Positions 48,451 to 57,350 of a DNA stretch of 64,000 nucleotides are shown here, in pieces. The notes beneath the pieces were generated by a model. It was not told the origin of the DNA, did no database searches, and was given only the letters and a program-made list of their open reading frames with translations. Position 1 is the first letter of the stretch; each line of letters starts with the position of its first letter. The DNA lies in IMG/VR virus record IMGVR_UViG_3300032285_003957, positions 160,001 to 224,000 of that record; one strand, given 5' to 3'. The DNA is from a virus (lineage: Duplodnaviria > Caudoviricetes). Both the position numbers and the translations under genes were made by a program.

Positions 48451-51400
48451 ATGGCACAAATAATTAAACACAGAAGAGGTTCGATTGGAGCACTTAAAGA
48501 CGTTACGGCTAATGTCGGCGAATTGGTAATGGCAACAGGATCAATCGGAGATTTAAACGCGCCGGTCCTATTCATAGGTGAATCAGCAATAGCGGGTGGA
48601 TACAAGCCTGTTTCTAAGATATACCAAGGAGCAAACGTTCCTACATTAGGTGCATCTTACGGTTCAACAATGGATGGAACACCTTTCTACTCCAATAATG
48701 ATAAAACATTATACATCTTAGATAGAAATGGTAATATTGCCATGGACTTCACAGGTAATATTGAAGGTAATACTATTTCAGGTGTAACAATTAATGCTTT
48801 AACAGCATCATTTGTATCAGGTTCAAATACAGTATCAGCACCAACAGGTTCATTTGGTCAAATTAATGTATCAAATATCGCATTTACAGGATTAACAGAA
48901 GGTAGAGTAACTTTAGTAGGCCCAAGTGGTTCACTTGTTGATAGTGGAAGTTTAAATTATGATGGTAGTCAATTAGGTATCACAGGTTCTATTAAGTTAA
49001 ACGATACTGCGTATATCTACAATGACGGTCAATTATATATTGAAGATACTACAAATGGTTTATATCTTAATGCGGGTAATTCATATTTAAACTTCAATAA
49101 TGGCGGTTACACTAACTTACGTTCAGATCAAAATGGTATTGATATTGAAGCAAGCGGTGGTGGACAACTTTGGTTATGGGCTGATAGTGCTGATGTATGG
49201 ATTGGTTCTTATGACAATAGCACATTACACTTAAACAACGATAGTGGTGAAGGTAATGTTAATGTATTAAATGGTGACGGTAACGTCCTTAATGTATATG
49301 GCGACATGGTTCAAACAGGTTCAATATACACAACAAAAATTTTAGGAACTGGTTCTCTTTATTTACAACCTGATCAAAACGACGGAAGACTTTTTGAAAT
49401 CTATAACACTACAGGTGTTACTGGAAATGATATACACATTAAAGGAAATGCAGATTATAACTACTTTGGTGGTGATATTAACTACTTAAAATTAGATGAT
49501 GCTTCAGGATATGTAACTCTTATAGGTGACAATGGTGTTACTATCAGTTCAAATGTTGGTAATGTTGCTATTAGTTCTTATGATGGTAGCACATTATTCT
49601 TAAATACAGATGGTGGCGAAGGTGATATCAATATAGGTAACTACGGTAATTCAATATATGGTTACACAAATACAACTGATTTTTTAGCAACTAATTACGC
49701 TCAATTACGAAGTAGTGGTTCTTATTTGTGGGTTGAAAGTATAGGTTCTCACGTTCATAATGATAATAATGGTGTAGCAGGATTTACAGCTAGACCAAAT
49801 AGTATTATTGAAGCTACGGGTTCATTACATATTTACGGAGACACACAAATCTCAGGTAATACATCGGTAACTGGTTCTTTGGTTGTATCAGCAGGTGCTG
49901 CATTTATTGACCAAGGAGTTGTTTCTCAAAATAGCAACGTTTTATTAACTAGTGGTTCAAACTTAATCATCCAAGATGGTGGTAATGCAAACATTGCTGG
50001 TGATGTTTATATTACAGGTTCTGAAGCGGTTGATTATATCTACGGATATACACAACAATGGAACTATTTAGCTTTAAATGGTAGTGTTAGCGGCACACCA
50101 AATGTTGAATTAGGCTCAACAAGTAACATCTCATTATGGGCTGAAGGTGGAACTATTAATGTAACTGGGTCAATTAAAGTTACAAATGATTTGATAGTTG
50201 AACAAAATATGTTCGTTTCTGGTAACATCTATCAAACAGGTTCATTCTATACACAAGGTGATATAGTTTTATCTGGTAGTATCAATATCGGTGATAACAT
50301 CGGTGTGGATACAATTAACTTCCAAGGTGAAGTTAGTTCTTCAATATTACCAAAAGTAAATAACGCATTTGACTTAGGAGGACCAAGTAACTACTGGCAT
50401 GACTTATATGTAAGCGGAACTGCACATATTGGTGTATTAGAAGCAAGTTCAATTTCACTTAGCGGTATTACAGTATTTAACGATTTACAAGTATCGGGTA
50501 GCATATATAACTTCACATTAACACCAACAGATGTTGTGTTTGTTGATGCGGACCAAAGATTAACAGGTAGTGCGGCATTTACATATGCATACGATGGTGA
50601 TTATGGCGATAATGTTTTAACGGCGCCAATCATACGTGCTTCAAATGACGGAAATGGTACTAACTTCTTAATCGGTAACGATATGTGGTTAGGTGATGTT
50701 AATGAAGGTAATGCCACAAGATTCATGGGTAATGAAAATAATGAGATAGCTAAAATTTATTTAGGTTCAAATAGCACAGACAATTATCTTTATGCAAACT
50801 ATGGTGACGTATCGTTAAGTGCAAATAACAGTTTATATTTACAATCACAGAATAATAATGTTAACATTAGTTCTTATGATGGTAACATACTATACTTAAA
50901 TAACGATGGAGGTGAGGGTGATGTATATGTGTTAAATGGCGGCGGTAATCAATTACATATTTATGGTGATGTTTATCAAACATCTGGACATACAATAAAC
51001 ACAGATAGACTAGTAGGTGTTACAAACGCGTCTAACATTATTGATTTAAATGATATTGTTCTTGGTAATTTAGGGTTGTTTTCAAACAATGATGTTAATG
51101 TTTCAGGTAGTAACATTTACATAAGTGGTAGTAGTAGTTCAAAAATTGGACAATTAGATAATACCGGTTTTTTCTACACATCTGAGAATTATGCTGAAAT
51201 GTATGGTCAAGGTGGTTTAGATGTTTATAGTGATGGTGGTAACTTATGGGTATATAATAATAACGGCGACGTTGATATCAGTTCATATGGTGGGACTTTA
51301 CAATTGAATACAGATGGTGACGAAGGTGATGTTTATGTGTTAAATGGTTCAAATAATTTACATGTGAATGGTCCTTCAGCTTTCACTGGTTCAGTATCAA

Positions 51401-52611
51401 TAGATGGAGATACCAATATCATCAATAACCATACATTAACTGTAGATGGTGAAGGTAATTTCCACACAAATGTTTATATTACAGGCAATACTTACTCTGA
51501 TAATTTTGTGGGGTTATCATACAACACAAACTCATTACATTTAAATGGTGGAACGTTTGGTGCACCTGATGTTGAATTAACATCATTAGGTAACATTTCA
51601 TTATTCTCTGAAGGTGGTCGTGGTGCAGCTGCAGCAATTAACATGACAGGTTCTGTTCACATAACAAATGATTTAGATGTTAGCGGTTCAATATATGCGG
51701 GTGTAATTAGTAACTATAATGGTGATATTAATGGTGGAGGAATATACATAGATTCAGTAAGTTATTCTGAAATTTCATACAATAATGAAGAAAACTACTT
51801 ATATGTTGCTAATGATGGTTTATACGCTGAAACAAATATAGGAACAAATCAATTTATATCTAATGCTGGCGATACAACAATCACAGCAAACAATGGTTAC
51901 CATGTTAATATTAATGGTGGCGGTATCAATTTAAATGGTGCAACATCTGTTACAGGAGCATTCACAGTAAGCTCAGGTTCAATGACAAGTTTAGGTGGTG
52001 ATTTATATGTGTCAGGTAACTTACAAGTATTAGGTTCTCAAACAAATGTAAATCTTGAATCTCATACGGTTAACATAGGTGATAACATTATCTTAGTTAA
52101 TGCTTACTCACCATTCCAAAGGTATGCAGGTTTAGCTGCATTTGACTCAGGTTCATCAGGAGTTTCAGGTTCATTATTATGGGACTCATTAAATGACTAT
52201 TGGATGTTTGTTTCTTCAAGCAACCAAACAAGTAAATTAGTTGGAACAACAGCAGGAACTTATGGTTCAGAAGCAAGTTTAACAAGTGGAACATTCCCAA
52301 TTGCTGATGGTGCTAATAATATCGGTGACAGTTTATTAACATACACTGGAACAACATTAGCACTTAATATCAATAAATTTACTGTTGACTCTGAAACAGG
52401 AAATACACATATTAGCGGTAATGTTACAGTTGATATGGGTGGTGATGACAACGGTGAAGGTTCATCTTGGGTTACATTCAGAAATAGTGATAACGTATTA
52501 GGATTTGTAGATTCGACAGATACGTTTGCGGAAACAACACAACTATTGGGTTATGATGCGGGTGACGGAACATTGAAGTTCTCTTCAGTAATTGACGGAG
52601 GACAATATTAA
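48451..52611 (+). CDS. Long tail-fibre/spike-like beta-rich protein
   Basis: MAQIIKHRRG N-terminus, G/N/S/T-rich beta repeats, four SYD/G..L.LN.D..EG repeats. Confidence 0.7.
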   Translation: MAQIIKHRRGSIGALKDVTANVGELVMATGSIGDLNAPVLFIGESAIAGGYKPVSKIYQGANVPTLGASYGSTMDGTPFYSNNDKTLYILDRNGNIAMDFTGNIEGNTISGVTINALTASFVSGSNTVSAPTGSFGQINVSNIAFTGLTEGRVTLVGPSGSLVDSGSLNYDGSQLGITGSIKLNDTAYIYNDGQLYIEDTTNGLYLNAGNSYLNFNNGGYTNLRSDQNGIDIEASGGGQLWLWADSADVWIGSYDNSTLHLNNDSGEGNVNVLNGDGNVLNVYGDMVQTGSIYTTKILGTGSLYLQPDQNDGRLFEIYNTTGVTGNDIHIKGNADYNYFGGDINYLKLDDASGYVTLIGDNGVTISSNVGNVAISSYDGSTLFLNTDGGEGDINIGNYGNSIYGYTNTTDFLATNYAQLRSSGSYLWVESIGSHVHNDNNGVAGFTARPNSIIEATGSLHIYGDTQISGNTSVTGSLVVSAGAAFIDQGVVSQNSNVLLTSGSNLIIQDGGNANIAGDVYITGSEAVDYIYGYTQQWNYLALNGSVSGTPNVELGSTSNISLWAEGGTINVTGSIKVTNDLIVEQNMFVSGNIYQTGSFYTQGDIVLSGSINIGDNIGVDTINFQGEVSSSILPKVNNAFDLGGPSNYWHDLYVSGTAHIGVLEASSISLSGITVFNDLQVSGSIYNFTLTPTDVVFVDADQRLTGSAAFTYAYDGDYGDNVLTAPIIRASNDGNGTNFLIGNDMWLGDVNEGNATRFMGNENNEIAKIYLGSNSTDNYLYANYGDVSLSANNSLYLQSQNNNVNISSYDGNILYLNNDGGEGDVYVLNGGGNQLHIYGDVYQTSGHTINTDRLVGVTNASNIIDLNDIVLGNLGLFSNNDVNVSGSNIYISGSSSSKIGQLDNTGFFYTSENYAEMYGQGGLDVYSDGGNLWVYNNNGDVDISSYGGTLQLNTDGDEGDVYVLNGSNNLHVNGPSAFTGSVSIDGDTNIINNHTLTVDGEGNFHTNVYITGNTYSDNFVGLSYNTNSLHLNGGTFGAPDVELTSLGNISLFSEGGRGAAAAINMTGSVHITNDLDVSGSIYAGVISNYNGDINGGGIYIDSVSYSEISYNNEENYLYVANDGLYAETNIGTNQFISNAGDTTITANNGYHVNINGGGINLNGATSVTGAFTVSSGSMTSLGGDLYVSGNLQVLGSQTNVNLESHTVNIGDNIILVNAYSPFQRYAGLAAFDSGSSGVSGSLLWDSLNDYWMFVSSSNQTSKLVGTTAGTYGSEASLTSGTFPIADGANNIGDSLLTYTGTTLALNINKFTVDSETGNTHISGNVTVDMGGDDNGEGSSWVTFRNSDNVLGFVDSTDTFAETTQLLGYDAGDGTLKFSSVIDGGQY

Positions 52612-52618
52612 AAAATAA

Positions 52619-52645
52619 ATAAAGGGAGGTATATCCTCCCTTTTT
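52619..52645 (+). terminator. Intrinsic terminator
   Basis: AAAGGGAGG-tatat-CCTCCCTTT hairpin with a T run. Confidence 0.85.
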
Positions 52646-52657
52646 AAAATATAAGAA

Positions 52658-53812
52658 ATGGGAGTAATTTTTCAAAACGGATTCGGAGTAGGGACAGTTC
52701 CAAATAATAATGTAACAGGTAACATTTGGGACCCACAATATACAAGTAATGGTTTATCAACATATCCCTATGTGTTTACTGATCTTAATTATCCTTCGTA
52801 TAGCGGTGTGACTGTTTATAATAGCACAATATGTGATGCGTATGCACCAGGTATATATGCTGCTTTAGCTAAAACAGCAATAACCGCCGGTCAAAAACGT
52901 ATGATAACGTTTGGGTTAGATTTCGATGATGAGACCTCTAATCCTAATTACACATTAGGTTTTGGAACAACGGGAACTAATTTAGAAAATTTCTTAGGTG
53001 TTGATACAAATAGTATTGGTATTACAAATGAAGGAAATGTTTTATATAATAATGACTTGATCAATATACCAATATTCAGTGGATTACCAACTTTTGGAAA
53101 TGTTGGTGATATAATAGATATTGCAATTAACGGTAATACCTATATGTGGTATAGAGTTAATGGTGGTGACTGGAATGGAGACAATACAGCAGACCCTGCA
53201 ACAAATAGTGGAGGATTATTAATGGATTCATTTAGTGGCTCAACATTACATCCTGCAATTGCTTTAGGAGGATTCAGTGGTCCGAGTGTATTTAGTGTTT
53301 ATCAAACATCAGTTTATGGATTACCAAGTGGATTTTCACAAATTTCTGGTGATAGACCAAGTTCAACAACATTTACAATAACATCTAATATGTTTGACCA
53401 AACGGGAGGTTATGGTCCCGCTTGTAATACTCCACAAGGTGAATTTATTAATTTCACAGGTTTAACAATTAATCAAACTTCCGATTTAGGTTGTGGTGCG
53501 TATGCTCAATTATTAAATTATTCAGGAGTTGAAAGTGCATTTTCAGCTGCAGGTGCAACCACAGATTATAACGGATATATTTGTGATGTTGTGTGGGGAC
53601 CTAATAGTACTATAACAAATGGTATAGCTAAAGTTGCATATGATACTAGATATGGTAGACATCAAATTGAAATTGTTACTATTGACCCTACTGATACTCG
53701 TTATTTGAATAACGATAGTAATCCAGATGGTACAAGTTTAGCAGGAACATTTAATTTCCCTGCAACATTTACAATTAGAATGCCATTAGACAATAAAGGT
53801 GGATGGTGTTAA
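52658..53812 (+). CDS. SPRY/B30.2 (concanavalin-like) domain protein
   Basis: YTLGFGT...LGVDTNSIG...GDIIDIAI...MWYRVNGG.W...LHPA pattern. Confidence 0.6.
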   Translation: MGVIFQNGFGVGTVPNNNVTGNIWDPQYTSNGLSTYPYVFTDLNYPSYSGVTVYNSTICDAYAPGIYAALAKTAITAGQKRMITFGLDFDDETSNPNYTLGFGTTGTNLENFLGVDTNSIGITNEGNVLYNNDLINIPIFSGLPTFGNVGDIIDIAINGNTYMWYRVNGGDWNGDNTADPATNSGGLLMDSFSGSTLHPAIALGGFSGPSVFSVYQTSVYGLPSGFSQISGDRPSSTTFTITSNMFDQTGGYGPACNTPQGEFINFTGLTINQTSDLGCGAYAQLLNYSGVESAFSAAGATTDYNGYICDVVWGPNSTITNGIAKVAYDTRYGRHQIEIVTIDPTDTRYLNNDSNPDGTSLAGTFNFPATFTIRMPLDNKGGWC

Positions 53813-53821
53813 TATAATTTT

Positions 53822-54493
53822 ATGATTTTTCATAGACAAGCACATACAAGAGGTAATCCAACAGCAGATTGGATTACCTCTTTTCGCACATTTTATTTCC
53901 CACCATATATTGACAAGACTTACACTAACTTTAGTGATTTAGAAACTATCAATGATGATAGGACTCAACCTGGTGGTCATGTCCCAAAACACGTTCATAA
54001 GAACATGGAAATATTTGGTTACGTTGTTGAAGGATTATGTCGACATACGGATAATCAAGGTAAAAGTATTGATATTCCCGCAGGTGCTGTCCAAAGAATG
54101 AGCGCAGGTGGTGGAATCATACATACAGAAGGAAACGCATCCGACAAACCAAATCGTTATTTACAACTTTGGATTAGACCGAATGAATTTAATACAGAAC
54201 CTTATCATGATTGGTATCAATTTACAAGAGAAGATAAGTTAAATAAATTCTGTGACATTACAGAGAAATTACCCATCAAACAAGATGCAAGATTGCTTGC
54301 AGGAATATTCACAGAAGATTATACATTTGATTTAAACCCAAATAGAAATTACTATCTATATGTGGTATCAGGAACCTCAACAACCAATGATATTTCTTTA
54401 ATTGAGGGTGACGGGTTAAGCTTTACACAAGAAGAAAAAATTAGTATTATTACTAATGAAGAGACGGAAATTATTCTGTTTGATTTAAAATAA
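53822..54493 (+). CDS. Pirin family bicupin (YhhW/quercetinase-like)
   Basis: HVHKNMEI...EG..H.D..G...VQRMSAGGGIIHTE...LQLWI; the His-His-His-Glu metal ligands are intact. Confidence 0.92.
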   Translation: MIFHRQAHTRGNPTADWITSFRTFYFPPYIDKTYTNFSDLETINDDRTQPGGHVPKHVHKNMEIFGYVVEGLCRHTDNQGKSIDIPAGAVQRMSAGGGIIHTEGNASDKPNRYLQLWIRPNEFNTEPYHDWYQFTREDKLNKFCDITEKLPIKQDARLLAGIFTEDYTFDLNPNRNYYLYVVSGTSTTNDISLIEGDGLSFTQEEKISIITNEETEIILFDLK

Positions 54494-54509
54494 ATAAGAT
54501 TTTTTTAAG

Positions 54510-54517
54510 TATTTATA
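54510..54517 (+). promoter_or_regulatory. Putative late promoter TATTTATA
   Basis: Intergenic, before the 54582 gene. Confidence 0.65.
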
Positions 54518-54520
54518 GAA

Positions 54521-54585
54521 TAACCTATATAGGTTAATTAACCGTGATACATATCACAAACATTCCGAGGGACCCATATATATGG
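54521..54585 (+). promoter_or_regulatory. Palindrome-rich leader of the 54582 fibre gene
   Basis: TAACCTATATAGGTTA, GGTTAATTAACC, GTGATA-ca-TATCAC and CCATATATATGG (which contains the ATG). Confidence 0.55.
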
Positions 54586-57278
54586 CACAAATAGTAAAAC
54601 TGCGTAGGAGTAGTGTGATTGGTAAAAAGCCAACCAACGCTCAACTTGAATTAGGTGAATTATCAATCAATACATCAGACGGTAAAGTCTATTTCGCCAA
54701 ATCAGGTTCGTTAGGTCCCACAATTGAAGAATTAGTATCAACAAACACGGTTAACACAGGTTCATTACATCTTACAGATAATGTAACTGCATCATTTTTT
54801 ACAGGTTCATTTATTGGTGATGGAAGTGGGTTATATAATATACCTGCAAGTGGCGTAACTGATTTAAATTTATCACAAATCACAAGTGGTAGTGTTACCG
54901 CATCCATTTCACCAAACAAAGGTTTTAGAGTTAACACAAAATCTGAAATTAGTGGTTCATTGATTGTTGGTTCAGGTGTTTTAGATTCAATAGCTCCTGA
55001 AATTTTACATGTTCAAAACAGTGGAAGTTATAATATAGCACACTTTGATGCATTTAATGATAACTATGCACAAGTTAACATACAAAATCATAGCACCAGT
55101 TCAGCAGCAAGTTCAGATTTAGTTTTAACTGCAGATAATGGAAATGAAAATATTCATTTTGTTGATTTAGGTATTAACTCATCCACATACGATAACGGTT
55201 TTGTTGGGTATGAAAATGATGCATATCTTATTAATGCGGGTAGAGATTTATATGTTGGAACTATTGGTGGTCCATTACATCCAAATGCAAAATTAAAATT
55301 ATTTGCACAAAATTTATGGGACCAACCGCAAGTTGTCATTAGTGGTTCAAAACAAATTGGTTTTAATACGGAAATAATCACAAGTGGTTATGCTTATGAA
55401 TTTAGTGGCAGCATAAAAGCTAATCACAATTTAAAAGTTGATGGTGCAATTTCAAGTTCATTTATTACAGGTGCATTCTTTGGAGATGCTACAGGATTGT
55501 ATAATATTGCTTATCGTATCAGTGGTTCGGACATTTATGGTAACACCACCGATAAAACATATACAAAATTACAATTTGACGATAGCACTGGTTTAAATGT
55601 TGAAGAAACAGAACCAGGCACAGCATTTATTTCTATTGGTTCACACTTTAAAGATATCTATGTTCAAGGTCAAACAATATTAAGTGCAACAGGTTCTGAT
55701 GCATTTGAAATTATTCCTGATGGTGGTATTGAAATTACAACATCAATCACCGATACAAATGCCAATGGATATGTAAAAGAATTAAAAATTAGTGCAAATA
55801 GTTTATCGCAATCTTTAAGTGATAGAATTGATGCAATCACTGGTTCAATAACAGGTTCAGGTGGTAATGTGTATGTTTTAGATGAGGGTTATTCATTAGG
55901 ACAAGCAACACAATTTAATTTTATTGGTAATGGCGTAAGTGCAACTGTTACAGACGGAACAGCATCAATTAATATTCCTGGTGGTGGCAGTGGTGGTAAT
56001 GGCGCTCTTAGTGACGGAAGTTATGTAATATTAAATCAAACATCAGCATCAACCACTTGGACATTTAATCATGCTTTAGGTCAAAAATATCCAATCATAC
56101 AAGTTTTTGATATTGATGGTAAAGTAGTGATACCATCTGAAATTTTAATGGTTGATAGTTCAACTGCTATTATTTCATTCCCAACCGCACAAGCGGGTAG
56201 AGCAGTAGCTTCACTTGGAACAGGACCAGGTGGTTTAACACAATTCTTTACGGCTGCAACAACATGGACGTTAGAACATAACATGGGAACACGTTATCCT
56301 ATGGTAACTGTTTATGATACAAATTACAATATCATTTTCCCAAATAGAATTCATTCGATTGATGAAAATACAATTCAAGTCCAATTTTCATCACCAGTTG
56401 CGGGAACATTAAATGTTGCGAAAGGTGGCCATATTATAAGTGGTTCAGTTAACTTCTCAAACATTGATACTGCGGGTAGCGGTATTGTTAGTAGTAGTGT
56501 TCAGGTTGCACATTATGGATACGCAACAACTGGTTCAAATACTTTTACACGTGCTCAAAATATTAGAAACGCACAAATCGATGCTACATGTGTAACATTA
56601 ATTCCAAATAGTGATACCACAATTTTTGATTTAGGTGCTTTCGATGGTGCCAATATTGATTATGTAATCAAGAGCGGTAGTAACATGAGAGCAGGTCAAT
56701 TAATGGCCGTATGGAATGGAAGTGCAGCAAGTTATAATGAGACATCAACACTTGATTTAGGTGATACAACAAATATATCATTAAAGGTAGATGCTTTTGG
56801 AATTGTTAGCGCAGATATTATTGCAGGAACATGGACAGTTGAAGCGTTATATCGTGCTTTAGGTTGTTCAGGTGGAGGTGGCGGTAATGAACCATCTCCA
56901 AGCCCGACACCAAGTAACACACCAACACCTACACCATCATCAACTGAAACATTTGGCTCACCAACTCCTACTCCAACACCAACTCCTTCGATGACCCCAA
57001 GTGCTATGTCAACATACACATTATTAGGCACCGCAGATAAAGTAGGTGCAACAAGTTGTGGGGTTGTGGGAACAACACCATCAATTTACTTGGATTCCAT
57101 AGATTATACAATTTATTTAGCAAACGGTGGTTGTTTATCTGACGGTGCAACAATTAGAAACTATGATGGCACAGCAATTTCAGGAACATTTTATTTTACA
57201 TGGTATGGTAGTAGTTGCTCAACAACAACATTTAAATCAACAAACGGTATTTTAACAGTTAACCCAACACAATGTTAA
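54582..57278 (+). CDS. Tail-fibre-like protein with an Mtd-N-like N-terminus, PT linker and terminal paired-Cys domain
   Basis: MAQIVKLRRS...KPT..L.LGEL.INT.DGKVYF and two TW...H.(L/M)G..YP...V(F/Y)D modules. Confidence 0.7.
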   Translation: MAQIVKLRRSSVIGKKPTNAQLELGELSINTSDGKVYFAKSGSLGPTIEELVSTNTVNTGSLHLTDNVTASFFTGSFIGDGSGLYNIPASGVTDLNLSQITSGSVTASISPNKGFRVNTKSEISGSLIVGSGVLDSIAPEILHVQNSGSYNIAHFDAFNDNYAQVNIQNHSTSSAASSDLVLTADNGNENIHFVDLGINSSTYDNGFVGYENDAYLINAGRDLYVGTIGGPLHPNAKLKLFAQNLWDQPQVVISGSKQIGFNTEIITSGYAYEFSGSIKANHNLKVDGAISSSFITGAFFGDATGLYNIAYRISGSDIYGNTTDKTYTKLQFDDSTGLNVEETEPGTAFISIGSHFKDIYVQGQTILSATGSDAFEIIPDGGIEITTSITDTNANGYVKELKISANSLSQSLSDRIDAITGSITGSGGNVYVLDEGYSLGQATQFNFIGNGVSATVTDGTASINIPGGGSGGNGALSDGSYVILNQTSASTTWTFNHALGQKYPIIQVFDIDGKVVIPSEILMVDSSTAIISFPTAQAGRAVASLGTGPGGLTQFFTAATTWTLEHNMGTRYPMVTVYDTNYNIIFPNRIHSIDENTIQVQFSSPVAGTLNVAKGGHIISGSVNFSNIDTAGSGIVSSSVQVAHYGYATTGSNTFTRAQNIRNAQIDATCVTLIPNSDTTIFDLGAFDGANIDYVIKSGSNMRAGQLMAVWNGSAASYNETSTLDLGDTTNISLKVDAFGIVSADIIAGTWTVEALYRALGCSGGGGGNEPSPSPTPSNTPTPTPSSTETFGSPTPTPTPTPSMTPSAMSTYTLLGTADKVGATSCGVVGTTPSIYLDSIDYTIYLANGGCLSDGATIRNYDGTAISGTFYFTWYGSSCSTTTFKSTNGILTVNPTQC

Positions 57279-57307
57279 AATAATTTATTTTAATTGATAC
57301 AAATTGG

Positions 57308-57315
57308 TATTTATA
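57308..57315 (+). promoter_or_regulatory. Putative late promoter TATTTATA
   Basis: Intergenic, before the collagen-like gene. Confidence 0.65.
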
Positions 57316-57350
57316 TGTAACACATTAGTGGATAGTGAAACTAATATAAT

